DNA from: Patescibacteria group bacterium
Lineage (GTDB): Bacteria; Patescibacteriota; Kazan-3B-28
Reading direction: 5' to 3'
NCBI GenBank assembly: GCA_028717565.1
Contig: JAQUNP010000001.1
Coordinates: 293,996-357,995, forward strand
Length of the DNA: 64,000 nucleotides
Each line of letters starts with the position of its first letter. Position 1 is the stretch's first letter. A program made the translations under genes and the position numbers. This document shows, piece after piece, positions 30,090-37,557 of the stretch. The notes under the pieces are model-generated. The model saw only the letters and a program-made list of their open reading frames with translations, ran no database searches and had not been told where the DNA came from.

Positions 30090-31892
30090 TTAACCCCCCG
30101 ACAGATTATTTAGCTCGGCTAATTGAGCAGGGTCAGAGGTTACGATTCTGTCTTCAACAAATGATGCGACTACTTTGATAGCGGCATGGTTGGTTCCGGC
30201 AAAAAAGAGGCCTTCACCGACGGCGGACTCAAGTAGCAGGAATTTCTCTCCGTCGGTTAGGTTGAAAGTGTCGGCTATGATATCAATAGAAGCTGGGGAT
30301 TGCCGGAAGAGCAACTGAAGAGATGAGTTGGCCACTACGGCTTTGCCGTATTTGGAGCCCAGGAAATCTTCCACGTCTTGAGTGATAGTAGTTAGACCTA
30401 AGAAATACTTACGAGCTCGTTTGGCGATACTGTAGAGGAATTTAGCCGAGTCCTCATGTTGCATCAAAATCCAAGCCTCGTCGATGACCAGTAAGCGCTT
30501 TCTTTGCTCAAAGCGAATTTTGTTCCAAATGTAGTTCAATACCACGTACATGCCGATGGGTCTTAAGGACTCTTCTAGGTCACGGATATTGAAGACCAAC
30601 AGTCCACGATCTAATTCAAAGTTTGTGGGCTGGTTGAAAACTCCAGAGAAGGTCCCACGCGTATATTTACTTAAACGCTGTGACAAGCTCTCTGCTCCCG
30701 ACATATTATCCAGGACGTTTTGTAGATCTTCCATTGTCGGTGGTTGGTTTTTGTGAGTTTTTAGGTCATCAGTAATATCTTTGACTGCGTAGGTTTCACG
30801 AATAGCTTTGTCCATTAGGGCATCTTCTTCGGGGTTGAGTTTGCCTAACATCAAATTCATCAATCCGAGAATCGTAATGACGGCTGCGCGTAGAACCTTT
30901 TCTCCGCTGGCATCTTCGCCAAGATCGGGCAGATCAAATGGGTTGATACGTTTCTCACTGTTTAGAGAAATAGAAACGTAGCTGCCACCGACTGCATCGG
31001 TTAAGGATTTATATTCGTCTTCTGGGTCGATGACGATAACGTCAGTCCCCAGCATCATAGACCTTAAGATCTCTAATTTTACTGCGTAGGATTTACCACC
31101 TCCAGATTTAGCGAAGACGGCCATGTTGGCGTTTTCTAGTTCGAATCTGTCAAAGAGGATGAGGGAATTGTTATGGCGGTTGACGCCGTAAAGGACACCT
31201 CGCCCGGTAGTTAGATCTACCGAAGTAAATGGGAAGGTGGTGGCTAAAGATGAGGTGGTCATATTTCTGACGACATTGATTTCATCTAGGCCCAAAGGCA
31301 GAGACGAATTGAAGCCCTCGGCCATCTGGAGCAAAGCGGGTTTGGTGTAGATAAGCTGCCCACCCAAAACTTTTTCAACGTGGCCACTCATACTATCGAG
31401 CTCTTCTAAACTTTTGGCGTAAACGGTGATGTAGAGACCCAAATGGAAGAATCTTTCTAGCCCTCGCTGTAGCCGGTCACGTAACTCCTCGGCGTCTTGG
31501 TAGGCAATCTCAAGTTCAGGGTCACGAATAGCGCCCTTCTCTTGTTGGATTCTTAGGGAAGATTCCATCTCCGCGACCTTACGACGGAGTACCCGCATAA
31601 TATTTTCGTTGTCGACTGGGTACATATGCATGGATATATCCAGATTGATATCGTAGTTAATAATAGGGCTAAGCCAGTTGGTCTCGACGTACTGCGGATA
31701 GGTTAGTACAAAAAAGCTGCGTGCCAGATGGTCGTTGAGCTGGATGTGGTCATTTTGAATTTGCATCGCGGCTGGGGCGATGAGGTCGCGGACTGAAACC
31801 AGACCGGCTTCAAACTTCTCTAGGGCGGCTTTGGCCTCCCGCTCTTCCTTGCTAGCTGTTTTTCGTTTAAATGGCCACATATTATTGTTCAC
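30090..31892 (-). CDS. virB4: Type IV secretion VirB4/TrsE-like ATPase
   Basis: 600 aa. Walker A KSGGGKS (nt about 31089-31106), Walker B LLVIDEAW and GLTTITQDVEDF motifs. N-terminal VirB4-type domain. Confidence 0.85.
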   Translation of the reverse strand: MNNNMWPFKRKTASKEEREAKAALEKFEAGLVSVRDLIAPAAMQIQNDHIQLNDHLARSFFVLTYPQYVETNWLSPIINYDINLDISMHMYPVDNENIMRVLRRKVAEMESSLRIQQEKGAIRDPELEIAYQDAEELRDRLQRGLERFFHLGLYITVYAKSLEELDSMSGHVEKVLGGQLIYTKPALLQMAEGFNSSLPLGLDEINVVRNMTTSSLATTFPFTSVDLTTGRGVLYGVNRHNNSLILFDRFELENANMAVFAKSGGGKSYAVKLEILRSMMLGTDVIVIDPEDEYKSLTDAVGGSYVSISLNSEKRINPFDLPDLGEDASGEKVLRAAVITILGLMNLMLGKLNPEEDALMDKAIRETYAVKDITDDLKTHKNQPPTMEDLQNVLDNMSGAESLSQRLSKYTRGTFSGVFNQPTNFELDRGLLVFNIRDLEESLRPIGMYVVLNYIWNKIRFEQRKRLLVIDEAWILMQHEDSAKFLYSIAKRARKYFLGLTTITQDVEDFLGSKYGKAVVANSSLQLLFRQSPASIDIIADTFNLTDGEKFLLLESAVGEGLFFAGTNHAAIKVVASFVEDRIVTSDPAQLAELNNLSGG

Positions 31893-32559
31893 TATTTTTT
31901 ATACTTTCAATAGCAGCAATATCGACGTTGCTGACAGAGAACAGTTTTTGTCGGCGAGAGGTATCGATATTGTAGGAAGAATACAGAAGTTCGATCACTT
32001 CTTGAGTGTTGAGCTGAATATTACTCAAACCCAAAGATGTCAAGCCCGAAGAAGTAAGCTGGGTTTGCTCGATGATTTTGGTTTTAGCATCTTCAAACTT
32101 TTTGCCAGTCGGAATATTACCCTGGCTGCCACCGAACAGGCTAGACCAAAAACCTTTGGCGATAGGTGTGAGTGAGTAGGGGATAACTACGTAAAAGGTC
32201 TTGCTCATGATGTTGGCCACACCAATCAGCTCACGGACGAACTCGATGTAGTCCTGAGTTTGGTTGCGAAGCAGGGCATTGGATTGACTGGCAACCTTGG
32301 TGTTGAGATCGCTCAAGTATTTATCTAAATCTAGAGTGCGCGACTGTACAACTATCTGTACAGGGAAGCTTAAGCTATTAATAAAGTTTTGATAATTAGC
32401 CAGCAAGGCGTCTTGCTCATCACGTGATTTGAGGTTGAAGTTAATGGCATTGACCATCAAGACGGTGCGCATACTGCCATCTTTTAAAACAATTACACCA
32501 TCTCGAATTTCTTCGACTGGTAGGAATTTTTGTGTGGATGTGGGTTTCTTTTTAACCAT
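31882..32559 (-). CDS. T4SS-associated soluble protein resembling the VirB4 N-terminal domain (no NTPase motifs)
   Basis: 225 aa. FLPVEEIRDGVIVLKDGSMRTVLMVNAINFNLKS..EQDALLANYQNFINSL.FPVQIVVQSR follows the pattern of Gram-positive VirB4 N-termini. 11-nt overlap with virB4. Confidence 0.5.
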   Translation of the reverse strand: MVKKKPTSTQKFLPVEEIRDGVIVLKDGSMRTVLMVNAINFNLKSRDEQDALLANYQNFINSLSFPVQIVVQSRTLDLDKYLSDLNTKVASQSNALLRNQTQDYIEFVRELIGVANIMSKTFYVVIPYSLTPIAKGFWSSLFGGSQGNIPTGKKFEDAKTKIIEQTQLTSSGLTSLGLSNIQLNTQEVIELLYSSYNIDTSRRQKLFSVSNVDIAAIESIKNSEQ

Positions 32560-32562
32560 GGT

Positions 32563-33108
32563 TTATTCAACATCTTCTAATACATCTTCAACCCCCAAGC
32601 TTTGTTCGGGTTCGATGACAGGAGCGTCAATGTGAGCGACTTGCGTGGTGATTGCATCAGCATCGTTCTCATTCATTTTACCACCCGTATCTAAGATGTT
32701 GGCGAGCTTCTCTATTTGAGTTTTGAATTCGCCTGGGCTTCTGCGTTCGGCAATTTCTTCTTTGGTGGTCTTGATGTCTTCACCGCGGACACGGATGGCT
32801 TTAACATGACGACGGGGTTCTTTGCTCCAAGTACGAATACGAGGGGCCATAACGAATTTGAATAAACTAAGCAGAAATACACCAAAGGGACGGCCATTAA
32901 TTTTTAAGAAGGCCATGGCCAGCACAAAGAAACCAACTACCACAGTAATGGCCAAAAACTCGATAAAGTAGAGATATGCCCGAGTGTAGTATTGGTAGGC
33001 GATGAAGATCACGGCTCCGCCACCCAGAAGGTAGAGGAACTGCTTCAAAGTTAGTGGACCGACTAACTTGTCTTCAATCGTAACGTTTTGTGGGATTTTA
33101 GCAGACAT
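32563..33108 (-). CDS. PrgI-family (VirB3-like) small membrane protein
   Basis: 181 aa. EDKLVGPLTLKQFLYLLGG, then two TM helices, then GRPFGVFLLSLFKFVMAPRIRTW, as in PrgI-type proteins. Charged C-terminal tail. Confidence 0.6.
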   Translation of the reverse strand: MSAKIPQNVTIEDKLVGPLTLKQFLYLLGGGAVIFIAYQYYTRAYLYFIEFLAITVVVGFFVLAMAFLKINGRPFGVFLLSLFKFVMAPRIRTWSKEPRRHVKAIRVRGEDIKTTKEEIAERRSPGEFKTQIEKLANILDTGGKMNENDADAITTQVAHIDAPVIEPEQSLGVEDVLEDVE

Positions 33109-33110
33109 AC

Positions 33111-35921
33111 TTAATACTCCTCCTCTTCCTCTTCTTCACTAGCGTTTTTATTTTTGGTGGTATTTTTAGGGCTACTATCTTGATTGCGGATAGCATCTAA
33201 CATTCGATGTACTTCTGACATCAGCCGATCGGTTGAGACGTCGCCAAGCTCTGCGGCATCCGTGATAATCTTGCCTTTATTAGAAATTGGGATATCTAAC
33301 TTCTGTTGGATTTCAAAGAAGCGTTTTTGGATTTCGGCTGCGTCTTCCAATGCGCTAGCAGGTACGTCGGACGGCTTCACAGAGGGGTTGTCGGCCAAAG
33401 GTTTGTTGTAAGCGGTGGCGATGTCCTGGATGAGCTTGGTAAGCTCTGGGGCAAGTGTGGTTGTGTCAACACCTCGAGCGACTGCGTTCTTGATGGCCAA
33501 CGAATAGGCGGGAGTTCTGTGATTGGCTCGGGCAAACTTTTGTCGGAGCCGCTCCACTCTTATACGGGGGGTAATGGTGGCCCTGGATTTATCTATGAAT
33601 TCGGTAATCTTAGGGTTCTTTTGAGCAGCCCTGGCTATGGTTTTGCCATCTTTTAGTTTGTCCACGTCTAGGTCGGTTTTGACTAGAAGCTCGGAAATGT
33701 CTTTGACAGTAGCTTCATCCCCAGATCCGAAGACGCCGGTGATAGTTAGCAGATAATCGGACAGTTCCTTTTGCTTCTCGGCGGCTGGTTTATTAGAGCG
33801 CCGAATACTTTTTAGAGTACTTTTTTGTCTGTCGTTGAGTAGGGACTCTAGAGCATCTAGTGCTACAGAATCAGTACTAGCGAGTTGGTCGCGTACCGTA
33901 TCCTCGGTGACTTGTTTGTAGTGGTCTAGATCCTCAGCGGAGGCCTGTGTAGCAAGGCGGAGTGCCGCGTGAATGGTTGGGTCACTGTTGGCGAGCACGT
34001 CTAGCTCACGTTGGAGTGCGCTGGCTTCGGTAGTGGCTTCTTTGAGAGCTTGTTGGTTGATGGCTAGTTCGCTGTAATCTTTTTCGGTCACCTTGCTGGC
34101 TTGGCGCTCTTCGTATCGTTCCAAATCCTTTTCAGAGATGGCCGGTGGTTCTTTGGGCCACCATTTGTTGGTAGCGTCGCGTTTGATGGTTTCGGTAATG
34201 CTGGGGTCGGCCATCAGCTTGATCATGGCAGCTTTGAATGGCACAGATTGGGGGCCGGTTTTATCAGCTTCTTGAGCCAAACGGGTCGACATGCCAGCCA
34301 GTTTTGTGCGGGTCTCAATACTGGTATCGCCATTGTTGATTTGTTGGACCAGCTCTTCGATTTGTTGAGCAAGGGCTTCTGGGCTGTAGCCAATGTCTTG
34401 TTGCAACTTACGTGCCTCAACCAAGATGCTAGTGTGCATCTTGTCATAAGTGGCATACTTCTTAGCCAGATCGGGTCGTTCCTTCTCGAACATAGCTTCA
34501 GCTTTGAACTTCTCTTCTGGCTTGAGTCCCTCTCGCTCCATAATTTGATCAATGGCAACTTTACGTTTATCTGCGAGGTCCTGGTAGATATTCATAATTG
34601 CTTCATTGCCCTGGCTTTGTACGGCTAATTTGCGTCTTTCGGTTTCAGTGTCGCGAATTCGTTTTTGGTTTTCAAAGAAAGACTGAACTCCACGAACCAT
34701 TTTGGCGACGGGGGCACCCATTTTGGTGCCGCCCACGGTCTCAAGCCCACGAGCTGTCCAAGTGCCCGCAGCGGTCTTGGTATATTTACCAAGGGCTTTA
34801 CCTCCAGCGGTGCTGACATTACCCAACCAGTTGGCACCACCAGCGGTGATGGCAGCCAGAGAAACGCCGACCATTTTATCGGCCGATCCGGCTGCTAGAA
34901 GCAGAGCAATAACAATAATGAAAATAATGAGGTTAGACCAAAAGTCGCCAGACATTTGGGCGCTGTCATCAACCACCTTCATCAACTCGCCAGCTACATT
35001 AACATCGCTGGTGAAGTAAGTGTAGTAAAACTTCATGGCTCCCGAGATAAGGGCTAGGGCGATTGGTAGAACCAAAATCCACTTAATCATTTCGCTCCAC
35101 CACTGGGAGGCCAGTCCTTGGAGTTCTTTGGCTGGGAAGAGGGACAGGGCAAAATAAATAGGGGCAGCGATGGTTGTATAAATCAGACGGACAGCTCGTT
35201 CTACTAAAATGAAGCCAAGTTTAAATAAAACAATCGCTAAAATAACTTGGACAACGATGACCATGACTGGCTGAAGAATACTGATTCTCCAGTCCACGGC
35301 AGGGTTGAGAGCTCCGTTAAAGCTTTGCATAAAGGTGCCACCAAAGAAACCCACTACGTCGTCGAGGCTGTAACCAAAAATGCTACGGGCGGTGCTAGCT
35401 AGTGTGTCACCAAGGTCAAAGATAAGAATCTGAGCGATCGGGTAGCTGATGTTGGCAACAATTGCGGCAGTGACTAGGCCGGTGATGGCTTTTTTGAGGT
35501 TGTATCCGCTATAGCGGGCGATAATTAAGATGGAGGCAATGAGAAGAGCCAGGAAAAATAAGACGTTGGCGACGCCAAGGACGATATTCCACATGTCATA
35601 GACAATGGTGACTTCGCCTCCAGTTCTAGCAAAGAGAGTTTCAAGGGCAGGGCCGATGGCAGAATCAATAACGAATACCAGAAGTTTGTTTAACCAAGCT
35701 AGGATATAGCCGAGGACGGCTGCTAAAATATTTAAGGCGGCCAAAAAAGGTGCAATGGTGCTTTTGGCGAGAGCATTACCGATAGCCGCTCCGACTGATG
35801 TCTGGGCTAGAGTAGCGGTGGGGAGACCGATCAAAAGACCTGTAGCCAACACCAAAAAAGGCGACTTCACCTTTTGGATTAGTCGATTTTTTGACAATCT
35901 GTCTGCAATTTTTCTAAGCAT
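33111..35921 (-). CDS. VirB6/TrbL-like polytopic membrane protein with long helical C-terminal domain and poly-Glu tail
   Basis: 936 aa. Signal-like N-terminus, about 8 TM helices in aa 1-380, then about 550 aa of hydrophilic helical sequence ending NASEEEEEEEY. First gene of the operon. Confidence 0.55.
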   Translation of the reverse strand: MLRKIADRLSKNRLIQKVKSPFLVLATGLLIGLPTATLAQTSVGAAIGNALAKSTIAPFLAALNILAAVLGYILAWLNKLLVFVIDSAIGPALETLFARTGGEVTIVYDMWNIVLGVANVLFFLALLIASILIIARYSGYNLKKAITGLVTAAIVANISYPIAQILIFDLGDTLASTARSIFGYSLDDVVGFFGGTFMQSFNGALNPAVDWRISILQPVMVIVVQVILAIVLFKLGFILVERAVRLIYTTIAAPIYFALSLFPAKELQGLASQWWSEMIKWILVLPIALALISGAMKFYYTYFTSDVNVAGELMKVVDDSAQMSGDFWSNLIIFIIVIALLLAAGSADKMVGVSLAAITAGGANWLGNVSTAGGKALGKYTKTAAGTWTARGLETVGGTKMGAPVAKMVRGVQSFFENQKRIRDTETERRKLAVQSQGNEAIMNIYQDLADKRKVAIDQIMEREGLKPEEKFKAEAMFEKERPDLAKKYATYDKMHTSILVEARKLQQDIGYSPEALAQQIEELVQQINNGDTSIETRTKLAGMSTRLAQEADKTGPQSVPFKAAMIKLMADPSITETIKRDATNKWWPKEPPAISEKDLERYEERQASKVTEKDYSELAINQQALKEATTEASALQRELDVLANSDPTIHAALRLATQASAEDLDHYKQVTEDTVRDQLASTDSVALDALESLLNDRQKSTLKSIRRSNKPAAEKQKELSDYLLTITGVFGSGDEATVKDISELLVKTDLDVDKLKDGKTIARAAQKNPKITEFIDKSRATITPRIRVERLRQKFARANHRTPAYSLAIKNAVARGVDTTTLAPELTKLIQDIATAYNKPLADNPSVKPSDVPASALEDAAEIQKRFFEIQQKLDIPISNKGKIITDAAELGDVSTDRLMSEVHRMLDAIRNQDSSPKNTTKNKNASEEEEEEEY

Positions 35922-35966
35922 TTTTATTTTTGTTTTGAGATATCAGTCCGTCTCGAGCTTGTTTTA

Positions 35967-35995
35967 ATTATAGCAAAAAATTGGCTTCTAGTCAA
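35967..35995 (-). promoter_or_regulatory. Near-consensus sigma70-type promoter of the T4SS-like operon
   Basis: The minus strand reads TTGACT (35995-35990), a 17-nt spacer, then TATAAT (35972-35967), about 45 nt upstream of the ATG at 35921. Confidence 0.6.
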
Positions 35996-36080
35996 TATCT
36001 TGGGAGGATGCTGTATAATATATGTACCAGATATAAAGAAACTAATTTCGCTTTACAAAAACACTAAAAGATGTCGTGAT

Positions 36081-37556
36081 ATGGAAAGTATGGGGGAGGA
36101 TAACAATCAGCAGGAGCTAAATAGCTCGCCTCCAGAGAGCAAAAGTCCGCAAGACGAGTTGGAGGCGCTTTTGCAGCAGAGCCGGGTGAATCAGCCACGC
36201 AAGTCGGGGATAGTTTTACCACAAGGTGGGGGCAAAAAAACTAATTGGCTGGTGATTTTTATCGCAATTTTGGCAGTTGTGCTGCTAGCGGCGACGATTG
36301 GTTTTCTGGTTTGGGGAGTGGGGGCAAACAAAGGGACGGCCATATTTTACTTGAACGAGGATGGTGTTACCGTAGCGGTGGACGGACGAGATTTTGGGGC
36401 GGTGGATTCTGGTTTTGAGGCGAGTTTGAGCGTAGGGACACACTCCGTGACCGTTGCTAAAGATGGTTTTCTAGAAATGCAAGAAGGGTTTGAATTGGTT
36501 CGAGGAGAAACCAAAGAGATATATCTAGAACTTCTGCCTATACCCTTTATTGAAACGGTACTGGGTAGCACTGACATTAAGTACGCACGCTTGAGTTTGG
36601 ATGGAAGCGAAGCGTCGTTTTTTGACAGCAGTGACAATCGATTTAAGAGTGTCGATATGGATACCGGTAAAGTGGTGGAACTTTTTGAAGGCCGATCCTT
36701 TAGCCAAAAGATTGTTGGCGTAAGCTGGTCAGTAACTGGTCGGGCTGCGCTGGTTCGATTAACCGGTGTAGGGCAGTTACAAAACATGATAGATAACCGT
36801 AAAGTTTTGGGTGCTTATATTCCCCTAGGTGAACAGCCCGAGCAGGGAACTGCAAACTACAATGGCATCAATACCTGGCTGTTTGACGATACTCTGAAAA
36901 ATGTTTCTGGTTGGCGACCGGTGCTTTTGAATGAAAGTGTACGCGAGACTGCTTTTGGAGCGAATGGCGGCTCCATTGTCTATTTGTATGACCCAGTTGG
37001 AGACGAGTACTCTTTGGTAAAAGCTGATCCCGATGGCGCCGAATGGGAGCGGGTGGTTTTAGAATTGCCGCAATTTGAAACTCCGATACTATGGTGGAGT
37101 CCGGACGATAGGTATTTATTGATTGAAGATGGGGCAACGACTTATTTGGTAGATGTCTTGGCTGGAGTGGTGGAGAGTGTGTTGGCAGACCGAGTGGAAG
37201 ACAGTGGTTTGGCGTTTTCTCCAGATGGAGATAGAGTAGCATATGTAGTGGAAGATGATAATGGGGCTAGGCGGTTGAACGTGTTTGACATGGTGCAAAA
37301 TGAAGCCGCCGACAGTGATGCATTAGCCGATATTGAGATGCAAGATGCGAACTTTGTTTGGACTAGCGGAGATACAGTCTTGGTGACTCTGGCTAACAAA
37401 ACTTTTAGAGAAATAGACATTAATGATGGTAGCGAGAAGCTCATTCCATTTGTGGGACAGGACACTGATTTTGAAGTAATTGGGCTGGAATATAGTCGAC
37501 TAGGCAGGATGTTGTTACTAGAAACTGACAAAGGCCTCTTTAAGATGCAGGTTTGA
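36081..37556 (+). CDS. TM-anchored PEGA-domain plus TolB-like beta-propeller protein
   Basis: Start moved to M28 (ATG 36081) because a TATAAT at 36014-36019 lies inside the track ORF. One TM helix. PEGA-like VAVDGRDFG...GTHSVTVAKDGF. Propeller repeats (FSPDGDRVAYVVEDDNG). Confidence 0.6.
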   Translation: MESMGEDNNQQELNSSPPESKSPQDELEALLQQSRVNQPRKSGIVLPQGGGKKTNWLVIFIAILAVVLLAATIGFLVWGVGANKGTAIFYLNEDGVTVAVDGRDFGAVDSGFEASLSVGTHSVTVAKDGFLEMQEGFELVRGETKEIYLELLPIPFIETVLGSTDIKYARLSLDGSEASFFDSSDNRFKSVDMDTGKVVELFEGRSFSQKIVGVSWSVTGRAALVRLTGVGQLQNMIDNRKVLGAYIPLGEQPEQGTANYNGINTWLFDDTLKNVSGWRPVLLNESVRETAFGANGGSIVYLYDPVGDEYSLVKADPDGAEWERVVLELPQFETPILWWSPDDRYLLIEDGATTYLVDVLAGVVESVLADRVEDSGLAFSPDGDRVAYVVEDDNGARRLNVFDMVQNEAADSDALADIEMQDANFVWTSGDTVLVTLANKTFREIDINDGSEKLIPFVGQDTDFEVIGLEYSRLGRMLLLETDKGLFKMQV

Positions 37557-37557
37557 T

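Noticed and set aside
33184-35019. Multiple plus-strand ORFs (for example 34101-34628 and 34702-35019) inside the VirB6-like gene.
   Set aside because: They are antisense shadows of a long, well-supported minus-strand CDS. They have low-complexity translations and no independent start signals.
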